A program made the position numbers and the translations under genes. The notes under the pieces are model-generated. The model was not told where the DNA came from. It saw nothing but the letters and a program-made list of their open reading frames with translations, and made no database searches. From the NCBI RefSeq assembly GCF_000315625.1, contig NW_005434632.1, forward strand, positions 329,227 through 393,226: DNA of 64,000 nt, written 5' to 3'. Position 1 is the stretch's first letter; each line of letters starts with the position of its first letter. The stretch is from Guillardia theta CCMP2712. Taxonomy: Eukaryota; Protista; Cryptophyta. This document shows positions 36,244 through 48,320 of the stretch, one piece after another.

Positions 36244-38391
36244 ATGAGGAAGATCTGGTGTCTACTCTGCGTCCTGCTGCTGCCTGCGATATCCTCCTCT
36301 GACTTGGAAGATAATGAGGAAAGAGTCAAGAAGGAATTGTACGCTAATGTCGACCTTACTTATGAACATGAGATGTCGGTGATCCCGCAGAGTGGGCATC
36401 AAATCCAGATGACCGTCCCTCAGCGACTTGTTTGGCAAAGAGCATTTCAGGCTGCGAGGAAAGCCGGTGCAAGCGTCCATGAGGCGCAGATCGTGGCCCT
36501 CCGGAGTGCGGCCGATGGGAGGGTTCAGCCGTACGTGGGGGATGGCGAGGGTCGGGAGAAGACCATGTGCTGTACGGCCTGCCAGCTCGAGATGCCCAGG
36601 TCTGATATCAGCGCTCACTACAAGACCCCTTGGCATGCCTTCAACACTGAGCGGAAAGTTCTCGGGCTGATGCCTCTGCCCTTAGCGGCGTTCGAGCAGC
36701 GGGTACGGAGCATCGAGGAGGGTGATAGGGGCCAAGAGGAGAAGGAGCAGAACGCTCTGCAGAGCGAGAAGGCAAGGAACGAGCTCCGGCATGCGAGCAA
36801 GAAGAATACGAAGCTCGCTGCGGACATTCAGAGACTGTATTGTCTCAACGAGACTGACCACAAAGTACAAGAGAAGTTAGTGTTCCTGGAGATGCGTAAG
36901 CTGCAGGCAGAAAGGCTGCTCGATACAAAGCTGGGGGGACTGAAATCTTTGGAGCAAAATGGCACGGAGGATGGAGGCCCGGACAAGGCAGATAGGGGGC
37001 GAAGAACAGGAAAGAAAGTAAGCGAAGCTACTTGGCCGAAAGCATCACTGCGCTGACATAATGCACTTGCAGAGACCTGAGAAGGAAAAGAAAAAAGTGT
37101 TGAATCCAAGAAACAGCCGTCCAGTCCCACTCAATTCAGTGAAGATGGAAACAATCAATTTCAAACAAGTACGCAACTTTCTTCAAGACCTTGTCTACTG
37201 ACTCCCTGACTTGGCCCTGAACTTGGCAGGTTTGCCCTGAGCTCTGCCCATTCGACGCCCATGTATCAGCATCTCTGGATCAAAACCTTGAGCACATGCG
37301 GGATGTTCATGGCTTCATCGTTCCTTCCCCTGACAAGACGAAGGACGTCGGGCAGCTCGTGTTGTACCTCGTCAGAAAGGAACTTCTCACCTTCCCCTTT
37401 TTGACGTGCTTCTGACGAGATTCCTCCAGGTTTACGTCGGATTTGCGTGCGTCTTCTGTGGCTGCTCCTTCCCGACATACACGGTGAGAGCAACATGTCT
37501 GGAAGTCTCCGATGATCTTTGGTGCGTTGGCAGGCGGCACAAGCGCACATGGAGTCGAAGGGCCATCGCAAGCTGCGCACTGACGATGCATGGAGAGAGG
37601 AATTCAGTTGTTTTTACAATCTTGGAGCAGCTGGGGAAGGGGTTGGAAAGGAGGAGCAAGGAGTGGAGGAGGTAGAGGGAGGGGAAGAGGGAGAGGAAGG
37701 GCAAGAAAGCTTTGACCAGCAAGAAACGGGGGACATAGCGGAAGAGCTATCAAAACTGGCCTTCGCAGCAGATCCGCAGGAGTTCCCCGAGCCTCTCAAG
37801 GAAGCAAGTAATGCGGGTGCCGGGAGAGACCGTCAGGAAAATGCCAGAGACGGAAAAGTACCCAGCAGAGAGAAGAATGTGATGAAACTTGATGCTCTCA
37901 GGGAGAAGTACAAGGTTGGGAGCTGGGCAGGAAGGGCAAGATTAGCGAAGTTGGAGCGCATGCGCGAAGACCCTCGATTGCAAGTCAAAGCAGCGCAATG
38001 GAGGGGAAAGGCAGAGACGCTGCAGCAGGTACATCAAGACATCCCATCCTACTGGCTCTGACCCGGTTGATAGCACATTGTCAAGAACAGGCAGATCGGC
38101 CGAGCGCGATCGGGATGGAGGCAGACTAGCGCCGTTGCAAACTTCCTACAGAATCAAGACCAGCAACAGGCCCACCAGATGTCCAATGAAACGTCCATCG
38201 TCCCGAGAGAGAGCTTCGACCAGGCCCTCTGGTTCCAACAGGTCAAGGAGGGAGGCTCAAAAATCGCCGCCAAGGCTGTGGAGCAGCAGAAAGGAAGGGA
38301 AGTGAACCTGCAGCAGAAGAACTATTATACCCGCAAGGCCTCCCTGGGCCGTCAGAACATCAAAATCCTCAACAGCGGATACAGGTCGTAA
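36244..38391 (+). CDS. REI1: REI1/ZNF622-like C2H2 zinc-finger pre-60S maturation factor with an N-terminal signal-peptide-like extension
   Basis: CTACQ...AHYKTPWHAFNTERKVLGLMPL; CPFDAH...NLEHMRDVHGFIVP...LVLYL; CVFCGCSFPTYT|AAQAHMESKGHRKL. Confidence 0.82.
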
Positions 38392-39523
38392 AGGATGTAT
38401 GTGATGTAGTGTTGCATAACAAGAGATTGGTCCCGCCTTCGTTGATAGCACATTTATGCACACGCTGAGATTCATCTCTGCCCCTCGTCTCGTCTCTTTG
38501 GATCCGCCTCTCCGATGGAGAAGAAGTTGTCTATCTTGGATGAGAGGGTAGATTGCAACTGTAACCGAGTCAGCCCCTTGGTTCCATAGAAAAGATCGAG
38601 TCACTTTACCCAGGAAAACACGTGCGGTTTATCCTTGAACCTTGGATCTTTCATATCGGACGAGAGAATGATCGCAAAACATGCCAACGCGCTCAACGCA
38701 ATCTGCGGTTTGCAAGAGAAATCGTCAGCACGTTCTCTGCGAAACTTCACATTCGCAACCATTCGTACATGCACATCCTCATGTATGTCAGCAACTTCGC
38801 ACTTATGACCAGCGTTACCCCACACCCTCTAACACAACCATTTCAATCATTGTGATCCACACGAACACTATGAATCGTTGCTCTCATTATCATCTCCATC
38901 TCCGTCTCCATAACCAAACACCTTCATCTCCGTCTCCATCCTCTCCATAATCGGCATCATCATCACCACCGTCACGATCATCATCAGCATGCATCCGATC
39001 TTCTTACCCCCATCTTTCCTGCCCGGCCGCTCGTCTTGCTCCCCTCCAGCCCCGGCCACCACCCGCGTCCGTCGTTGCCTTCGAACATTGCCCTAGCGCC
39101 CTCATAGCTTTACTCAATAGCTTTACTCAATTTATTTGAATAGCAATTATAGAGGACAGTTGTGATACATAGGAAATATAATAGAAAATACTAAAAGATA
39201 GAAAAGGCAGAAGTTTGTTGGAGGCGATGGAGAAACGAAACGGCAGGGGGGAGCGATCGGAAGGGGAGAGGGGAAGAGGGGAGATGGCGGGAGAGGAAGG
39301 GGTGGAGAGAGGGGAGAAGGCAAGAGATGAGAAGGGAGAGGGAGGAAGGGGAGGAAGGGGAAGTCAGAGCAAAGGACTCGACAGAAAGTTCAGACTCAAC
39401 ATAGAGCGATGGGGTCGTTTTGTTGGACATGCCCTGCACAGTCGTTCATGATAGGATCATGTGCCATGCTCATGATGATATTTGTTGGAAACCAGTCCCG
39501 ACTGAACCTGCTGCTGCTCGCAG

Positions 39524-39948
39524 ATGTCGTGGGAAGAGTTCAAGAAAGGTTTCGACCAAACCATGGAGGTGACATTTCTGTACCTGCCGATCACTGAAAG
39601 CATTCTAACGAGCATGCTGCAAGGACATCAGCAACTCAACAGCACAAGCTGTCGACAGCCCGTGCTCTCCGTTCGCTGCCATCGGCGTGAAGAGTGAGAT
39701 GTTCAGCTGCACGAGGCTCAAGGCGGGAGTGGACACCATGGCCGAGGTCAGGCAGTGCACGTTGTATGTGGACGCCTGAGCGTGAGCAGGTTGGGCAGAC
39801 GATCTTGGAGGCACCGGGGACAGCGATTGACGGGATGAGCAAGGGATGCAGGGAGACGAAGATAGGCGAGATTCCCGACAGCGCCATCAGCGGCATCACG
39901 ATGGCGCTGCGCCATGAGCAGGGAGATGAGAAGCGTATTCCGGCCTGA
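39524..39948 (+). CDS. Small hypothetical protein (~110 aa, 3 exons)
   Basis: MSWEEFKKGFDQTME|DISNSTAQ...VDTMAE|VGQTILEAPG...KRIPA* joined in phase across two short GT-AG introns; no recognisable motif. Confidence 0.5.
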
Positions 39949-40070
39949 ATGTCACAGTGAAGCAAGCTGTTGAAATCCTTGCGACTTGTTCTTGTCCTTG
40001 TTCCTCTCTTACACTTGCTCTGATCTCACTGCATCTCATCCCTCAGGCCCTCGCCCTCCTCTCCTCGTCC

Positions 40071-43000
40071 TCAGTTGCTCTCCATGGGAAATTGTCCGCA
40101 GAATTTGAGCTGCTCCACCAAGCTGCCAAGCGGCCCATCCGCCGAGTATCTCTCCTTGAAAGAGTTGATCTAGACAGAATCATGAGAACGTAGCAGATGG
40201 AAGAGAGTAGCAAGGGGCTAGAGCACGAGAGCAGGAGCAGGAGCAGGAGGAAGGAAGGGCGAGACAGGAAAGAGGAGGGAAGGGGGAGGGGGAGGTAGAC
40301 AGTAGAGCTCCCACCATCCCGTAGGCAGTCGCTTCATAATCCTTGAAAGACACCTGACCATCGGACGACAAACTTGTGACTCCTTGAACAAAGATCTTCC
40401 TCGGCTCCTTCTTGGCGAGCACAATCTACAATGATCGTCATTATCATAGTCGTCTTCCTTGTCCTCTTTTTCCTCCTCATCCTTCTCCCCCCCCCGCTTC
40501 CCCTCCCTCCTTCTCCCCCTCCTCCTCTTCTCCCTCCTTCTCTTCCCACCCCCCCCTCTCCCTTCCTCCTCCTCCTCCTCCTCATCATCATCATCCTTGT
40601 CATAGCAAACATAAGAGACCACTCTCGCCGTGTCCTAACCTTGCGGAGTTCGAGCATATCCTCAGGGACAGACGTGTAGTATTTGTACATCTTGATCCCT
40701 TCCTCCACATCCGCCGTGGCCTGCAAACAGAAAGTCATCAGGTGCCTCCTGCTCCTGCTCCTGCTCCTGCTGCTCCTGCTCCTGCTCCTGCACTCCCCTG
40801 CTTCTTCCTGCTGCTGCTGCTGCTCCTCCTCCTCCTCCTCCTCCTCCTCCTCCTCCTCCTCCTCCTGTCTTCACCTTATACACATTCAGTTTCTCCAGAA
40901 ACGCGGCCATCGCCTTGCGGCCGACGCTGAGAATCTTGCTGCGATCTAAGGAGATGATGACGTCATCGTCCTTCTTCACGATGCTGACGAGGCCCTCCCC
41001 GGCCTCCAGCAGCACTCGGAGGATCGCATAGCGAGCTTGCATGTGCGCCTACATTGTTGTCACCCCCCCCTCGCTCTGTGACCACCTGCTCCTCTCTCTT
41101 CCTCCTCCTCTCCCTCCTCTCTCAGCTCACTTGTCTCCACTTGCTGTTCTCCGGCGTGAAGTACTCGAGCGAGAGCAGCCCGGCCCTCACCATGATCAGC
41201 CAGTTCACGTACGTCACGTCCGAGACCTGAGAAGCTGCTGAGCCGCAGACATCCAGCACTGCCGGGGGCCAGCTGAGATTTTCCTCACCTCGTCCGCTGA
41301 GGCGGAGTGGCCAAAGAGGGAGAGGATCTCGGGGACGCAGCTGAGAAAGATCCCAACGCTCTCTGCACGGCATTCTTCATAGCTGGAGCTCTCCTGGGAA
41401 GGGGTGAGAAAAATGCCTTCGCTGGAGGAGACGAGGAGGAAGAGGAGAGAGGGAATGAGGCAGGCAGGGAGGCAGGCAGGGAGGGAAGGGGGAGGAGGGA
41501 GGAGGGAGGAGGGAGGAGGGAGGCGGGCACGAAGGGAGACAGGGAGGGTAAGGGAGGGAGGGAACGGAAGGAACGGAGGGAGGGAGGGAGAAGAGGAGAA
41601 GAGGAGCGGTGGTTGTAGAGGAGGAGAGATCAAGGCAGAAGGGCAGGCGAGGCGATAGAAGACGACCAGGGCCAACAGAAAAGGAGGAGGAGACGAGTAT
41701 GCGGAGAAAGTTGTACTTCTCCTCTTTGTGTGAAGGGGAGGAGGAGTGAGGAAAGAGGAAGAGGGAAGGGATGGGGACACATGGCATGCAGGAGAAGGGA
41801 GGAATCTGACTCACGGCTCCGAACTTGCCGTCCCATGTCTCTCCAGGCTTGTAGAAGGTCTCGATGGAGTTGCCGGTGAAAGGATGTTTGACCTGCGGCT
41901 GTCAGTTAGCAGGAACCAGGCGGGTCGTCATCCTCCACTTACCTTGTTCTTGTCAAAGTTCAGAGCCCCGTCGCTCCCCTCCTTCAACAGCTTCCCGCTC
42001 CTGCTCGCCCCTCGTGAGACGCCAGGGACCAGATCGAGGAGAGAGCTGGGAGGAGGGAGGGAGGAGGGAGGAGGGGCAAGGAGCAACAAAGATGGGGATG
42101 CGCAAGGCGATCACTAGCTGAGACAGCAGGTCGACGAAGGAGTCTGCCAGAGGACGAGGACGATGGTCGTACCCGTGACCAAGGAGCTCATGGATAGCAA
42201 CTTGAACCTGAGACCAGAGACAGGTTCAGCGCCAACTTCACCATTCTGGCATACCTATCCCTCGAGCTCGGGGTCAGAGCCCCCCCCTCCCCTGTGAGGT
42301 CCTGGTCACTAGGATCGCATCCCCAGCCTTCATCTCCTCTCTCTATCGGTGCAGCTCCTCCGATCCTCCCGTGATCTCGTGAGGGTGGCGGTGTGCGGCC
42401 CCGGNNNNNNNNNNNNNNNNNNNNNNNNNNNNNNNNNNNNNNNNNNNNNNNNNNNNNNNNNNNNNNNNNNNNNNNNNNNNNNNNNNNNNNNNNNNNNNNN
42501 NNNNNNNNNNNNNNNNNNNNNNNNNNNNNNNNNNNNNNNNNNNNNNNNNNNNNNNNNNNNNNNNNNNNNNNNNNNNNNNNNNNNNNNNNNNNNNNNNNNN
42601 NNNNNNNNNNNNNNNNNATGTTGGTCTCCACAGGAGGACCCTTGTCCTTCACCCAGCTCCTGCAGACTTGAAGATCAGAGGGAGGGGGAGAGGGAGAGTG
42701 AGAGGGAGGATCAGCTCGTCTGGCGAACAGAGGGGGGGAGGGGGGCAAGGGGAAGAAGGAGATCAGGAAGCAGGAGGAGAACATGGGCGAGGTGGTAGCA
42801 GTCATAGGGGGGACCATTTGAAATTGAGGAGAGACGCAGAAACACAAAAGGTGTGAAATGAAAGGACATGGCGATATGGGTAAAGGACGCACAAAGAATG
42901 AATGATTGGTCAGAGCAAGGAGAGGCAGGATGAGGGAGGGAGGGAGGGAGGGAGGGATGGGATGGATTGGATGCAGGGATGGAGGAGAGAGGACTGGAGA

Positions 43001-44505
43001 GGGGAGTAGAGGTGGAAGAGGAGCGGAGGAGGGGAAAGAAGTTCAAAACCTCTGCGAGTCCTTGTGGTCCTGGATGTTTCCTGTTCAGGGTAGCGATCAG
43101 CATCGTAGCGGGGGCAGTACAGAACAGTGAGGAGTGCCTGAGTTGAAGGAGTTGACGTAGTGCTTCAACATCTCCACACGGTCCTTGTTCTCCTCCGGCA
43201 CGTACTTCGACGCCCTCTCGATTGCCCCTTGGTGCATGGTCATCGCAGACGGACAAAACCAATGGAAAAGATGTTGAAAACTCACTGGCTAGCTCGCCCA
43301 TGAAAGGGGAGTGGTCGCCGTACTTGACCTCGATCTTGACATCCCTGCCGTTTTCCCCTTCAGCACCTTGGCCGTCCTTAGCTGCCCATCGGTCACCTGA
43401 AGACATGCATCGCGCTCTCCTGCCGATTCGCTGAGGCGATGCAGAGCTGATACACAACTTCGCCATCCTTCGATGTCTTGAACAATCTCGTGTTGTACGC
43501 CTTACCGATAACTTATCAATCTGGATTTCGGTATTGACATTGACATCACTACCAACCTGGTCGCCCATGTTCTGAGAAGTCAAGAAATCCTACCGACAGT
43601 TCAGCGACTTGCTGGCAGAACAGGTCAAAGAGCGACACCTGTACCACTTGAATCTCCGCCGTTGTCATGTCTGATGATTGTTGTTTTAGACGCAAGTATG
43701 CCATTCACAAACGAGCGCGGGACGCGTCAAATTCTTCAAGAGGTACCTGGAGAATAGTATGTGGAGATCCCCTTGCCGTCCAACCCGAACTGCTTCTTGG
43801 CACTGGGTTGCTCAAGGTCAAAGACAGACAGCAAGTACATGCAAGCTCACTCGGAGAGATCGTAGATGTCGTTCTCGATGTTCTTCCACTGCACATGTCG
43901 ATCAGAGCGTCGGTCCTCCATGTTAGCGTATCTTACGTCTTCTGCCAGTTCAGGTCCCTTGGAAGAAAGGGACACAATCTTCGCAATCTTCTCAGAGCCG
44001 CAGCGCGGAATGAACTTGGTGTCGCCGAAAGACAGGTAGTTTCCCATGTTGCCGTAGAAGCATGCACAGAACTGGATGAAAGCGTCCCAGTCCTCCTGCT
44101 GTACGCCATCTGCTCACATACTTATCATGATGGCTCTGATGAGGACAGGACGGATACTTGCAAGGCACCTCTTCTCCAAGTCTGCTACATCATCTGCCGC
44201 AAACAGTTTGTGGAGGAGGAGGAAGAACTTTGGGCTCTCGGGAGACGTCTGCGCGAGGCAAGATAGGGCGCCGGCCCAGCATCCCACATTGAGATGATAC
44301 GAATAGAGCTTCTCGTTTTCTGCCCTCCAGTTGCTTCAGAAATCGCAGGAGCAAGTAGTTCACTTTCACCTGTCAGCCCATGAAAGGCTTCCTTGGCGTC
44401 TAGCAGACAGATCGGCGTATTGCTGTCGGTTCGAACAACTTCAGAGGCATCAATCTCAACAGGACTTCTTGAAGCTTACGTGGGTGTTACATGCAAATCA
44501 GACAT
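40071..44505 (-). CDS. DPP3: Dipeptidyl peptidase III (peptidase family M49), multi-exon, interrupted by a gap
   Basis: MGNYLSFGDTKFIPR; YGDHSPFM; WVKDKGPPVETN; catalytic VQVAIHELLGHG (~42175-42210); SSYEECRAESVG; KWRQ|AHMQARYAILRVLLEAG; KEPRKIFVQ. Confidence 0.95.
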
Positions 44506-44636
44506 GTTGACTTGTGTTGACTCTGCCACTTATACTGCGAAAGGTGGTGAGAGAAAACTCTGCTTTCTCGGCCGAGCAGCTTCTGAGTTGGGAGCAGAGC
44601 TTACGATGAACCTCTTTCCTTTTGAAATCCTTCAAT

Positions 44637-44779
44637 CCTCTCCTATCGCTCTTGTCTCCTCTCCTGTCGCTCTATCGCTCTTGTCTCCTCTCCTGTCGCT
44701 CTATCGCTCTTGTCTCCTCTCCTATCGCTCTCGTCTCCTCTCCTATCGCTCTTGTCTCCTCTCCTATCGCTCTCGTCTC
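44637..44779. repeat. ~21-bp minisatellite (ctcctatcgctcttgtctcct), ~6 imperfect copies upstream of DPP3
   Basis: Direct inspection. Confidence 0.9.
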
Positions 44780-45004
44780 GCCAGCCGTTCTCCCTCCCTC
44801 ATCCCACATTTCATTACGTCACCCCATTCAGCCCCAGATTCAGCCCCATTCAACCCGGCGGGCCCGCCGCAGCAGCACCCTCAAGCATCGTTCGCGGCCG
44901 CGGGCGGACGGGCGGGCCGGGCGGCCCGTGGCCGGGCCGCGCCCGAGCAGAGACCCGGCGAGCTCAGTCTTCAACAAGCTTGAAAAAAGGCTTTACTAGA
45001 CGCT

Positions 45005-45126
45005 TCAGCTTCACTAAAAGTTAAGTTAAAGATCAGTACGAGGACAATGAGGAGAGTAGAGGAGACTTGACCCTGACCCTGCACGGATGGTCGCACTGGC
45101 CAAACGGCGAGAAGAGAAAAGACAGC
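45005..45126 (-). repeat. Dispersed intergenic element, copy C
   Basis: Reverse complement gctgtcttttctcttctcgccgtttggccagtgcgac...cagggtcaagtctcctctactctcctcattgtcctcgtactgatctttaacttaacttttagtgaagctga. Confidence 0.9.
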
Positions 45127-45801
45127 TTTACCGATGCTTGGAACAAGAACTTCCATTATTATGCCAGTAATAGTGCGGTCATGAGTCACTACTAAGGCTA
45201 TAGTACTAACTTTGAGTAAAGAGTGGACGTACGACTGATATAATCGAAGCGAGGCTCCGGCGTAGTACGTGACTGAACTTGCGACTGTGAACTTGGAATC
45301 GGAAACATTTTTTTTAGGATGGTGCTTGTGGCTCTTTTGTAAACTTAGTATTGACTGATTCTCTTCGCGGTACCAAAAAAAAAAAGACAGCGAGTAATAG
45401 TATTGACGTATAGTACCGGCGATACAGTCGAAGCTCCGGTCACGTAGTACAGTACGGTACCGTAGTACTGAAACTGTGAACTCAGTTGCTGTTGGAATCG
45501 GATCAGTTGCTCATTTACAGCTCGGGCTAGCCATCTCACGCCGTTTGGTACTTGTGACTCTTTTGTAAATGTTGACTGATTCTCTTCGCGGTACAATTAG
45601 CCACGGTACTGTTGACCACTGATCACCCCTGGAAGCGGGTCTATGAATGACCCCCCCTGTCCCCAGACTGACCCCTGCAATATCTTTTTCCTCGCCCAGT
45701 GATGGCATTCCACGATTGACTGCTTGTTCTCTTTCTCAACTCTTCCCTCGCCTTCCATCTTGATTAAGCTCCTGAATATCTACAGACTCACAGGGCAGAA
45801 G

Positions 45802-46511
45802 ATGTACAAGGCCTCCATAGTTTCTACTGCCGCCAGTCACTCGTATGCTGCTGATTCCTCCTCTTGGAACTACTCTCTCTTTGAATGGGTCATTGCTCAC
45901 GATGCCTTAACTTCTCTTGGCCAAGAAAGCAGCTCTCCTGCACCCAGTAAGAGTTGCCTCTCCAGACGGTGGACACAGGTCGAGCATGATCGATTCTTAC
46001 AAGCTCTCGCCTTATTCAGTCTACCATCCACTGCATCGTGCAAGGAGGGAGGGAAAGGCCTCGGGCTGGGTCGAGGCGTTGCAACTAAAATAGCAGACTA
46101 CGTAATGACAAGGACAGAAGCGCAGGTGCGGTCGCATGCACAAAAATATTTCATGCAGCTGAAGGCAATGCGAGACAACGACGTGATGATTGATTATGAA
46201 AACCAATACTTGGTTCGTCATCAGCTGTCGTGCGAAGATCCGAGGAGGAGAGTATCTAGAACTTAAAACTTCAGGTGAACTCATCGAACGTGAATATGAT
46301 GACATGTACTATTATACCAGAGAACAATTCAAGTCTGGTAGAAGATGACATTCTTTTCAGAGTTGCGGAAATGCCTATGTTCAAGAATATCTACCTGGCT
46401 TACCAACATAAGAGGGCTGGCAATTCACCAAAGCACAACGTGAGAATGTCAGTTTCAAAGCTGCTGAGCGACATCATTGAATCCAGCGCTCTCTCAGTCT
46501 TATTTACATAA
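45802..46511 (+). CDS. MYB-related (SHAQKYF-class) transcription factor; 3' end 46266 or 46511 depending on one intron
   Basis: RWTQVEHDRFLQAL...KIADYVMTRTEAQVRSHAQKYF. Confidence 0.88.
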
Positions 46512-47238
46512 ATTATGCCAATTTGCGTTTGAGAAATGCATCGAATCTGCATCGAATCTTTCAAAGACTGTACCAGCTGTGATGGCGTGCCACACCCCGA
46601 AGCAGACATCTACAGCAAATTGCTCAAGGCACCTCCACTGGATCACACACAAAGGTGTAGTGCAGTGATGTCTAGTGTACATCACAAGCGATGCTAGACA
46701 CAAGCGTGGCATACAACATAAGGAGAGAATAGACCCTTCTACCCTGAAGAGGCTGATCGTTATATAGGATAGAGGAAACGGGATTGTAATTCCGAGAGCA
46801 CGTCTAGCCGTTATATGCTTCCAGTCCTGTGAGAGTCCTGTGCCTGACATTTGTTGAGGATCAAGGCTAGCCTAGCCTTCAGTACTGTCCGTTACCTTGG
46901 GTAACAAGGTCCAGTCTGAGTTGAGCTCGCTTTGCTAGCAAGCTCTGGTAACAGGGTAATGTCGCGGCTTGCCTGTCAACGATTGTCAGCTTGGATACAT
47001 GCTTTTAGTTTGTGCTTATGTGCGCAGATAGTCAGTGACAAGCAGGTAGTGTCTTGTCTTTCATTACAGTACGTTTGTTTAAAGTGTACCAGATAAATGC
47101 AGATATCCTCGCAAAATTGCACAGTTCGAGTGATTAAACACACATTCTTGTTTTCCAGCTCCAAACAACTTCGATTATCTGCACGCCACCATGTTTTGCC
47201 TCCATTTGAACACCGCAAGGAATTATCGGTCTGCACAA

Positions 47239-47754
47239 TTACTTTCTAGCGGTATCCATCATATGAATAATTTCATCTAAGAGATCTGGCGTACGCCATG
47301 TCCTGAAATTCTTCATCAGCTCTTCTTGCTCTTCTTGCTCTCCTTTCTCCTCCCTCTCGTCTTCTTCCGTCGATCGTTGTCGATCATGCATGCGTGAATA
47401 CGTTTCGATGCCCTCGTTCTTTGCACCGTGGTATTCCTTCTTCACGTAAGGCCAGCAACCCATTCCCAACTTCTTGCAGGCATTTTTAAGTGCTGTCAAG
47501 GAGATGTCAAGCTCCTGAGCAGCCTCTCGTTGGCTCAGCGTCATAAGGGCTTGAACATCCTGGACAGTAATGATGGAAGGCATGCGGCGATTACGCGTCT
47601 CGAACTTGCGGCGTCGGGGGAAGATCCTGACTGCATGAAGATGAAGTCGTCCCTGCTGCTCATGTCCTGTAGAAGGCTGAGGAGATGGCAAGGAATCGCT
47701 AAGATAGAGATCAGAAGCGCGCGTGACTGATGACTCGGCAGAGGCTGCTGACAT
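47239..47754 (-). CDS. RWP-RK domain transcription factor (single ORF, 171 aa)
   Basis: ITVQDVQALMTLSQREAAQELDISLTALKNACKKLGMGCWPY matches the RWP-RK pattern. Confidence 0.85.
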   Translation of the reverse strand: MSAASAESSVTRASDLYLSDSLPSPQPSTGHEQQGRLHLHAVRIFPRRRKFETRNRRMPSIITVQDVQALMTLSQREAAQELDISLTALKNACKKLGMGCWPYVKKEYHGAKNEGIETYSRMHDRQRSTEEDEREEKGEQEEQEELMKNFRTWRTPDLLDEIIHMMDTARK

Positions 47755-48320
47755 CGGTGTAGGTGGCGTAAATCGCTGAGAGTTTACGGGAGCCCGACGA
47801 CACTGAAGGCGGATGTATGAGAGGAGCGGAGGGTCTGAAGAATGTGAGCGATGTTGCGGTGCGAGAGGAGATGAGCGAAGCTAAGGCTCTTCAGCGTCGC
47901 AGCCGTAAGGAGCGCGCGGGGGGGAAGCGACTCAATAAGCAACGTTTCCACATTAAAAAGTTTAGTAATCAGGGGTGAGTTTTCAAGTTGCACTATTATC
48001 GGTAATTTACATGAGCTTATTTGTACCATATCGCCCTATTTACCCGATGAATATCAAGAAGATATATCAAGAAGATATAGCCGATCGCGGCTATATCTGA
48101 CTCAAAAACTCTCCCCTGGAATTCCGAGTTAAAGTTTGTACCTAGTTTTTACTCATCAAGGAGGCTCTATTGCAGCCTTTACTCAAAGTTAGTGCCACAC
48201 AACCCGCCCCAGAGAGTACATATAAGGATGAGAGAAAGGCAGCTCTGTGCAAACCCCGCGCCTCAGTGACAGCACCACAGGCCCATGGGCAAAAGAATTT
48301 TCCCCACGGGGCGGATCCGC

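Noticed and set aside
38440-39100. Possible small gene between REI1 and the 39524 gene
   Set aside because: One exon-like segment (~38614-38765), but no coherent start, stop or motif.
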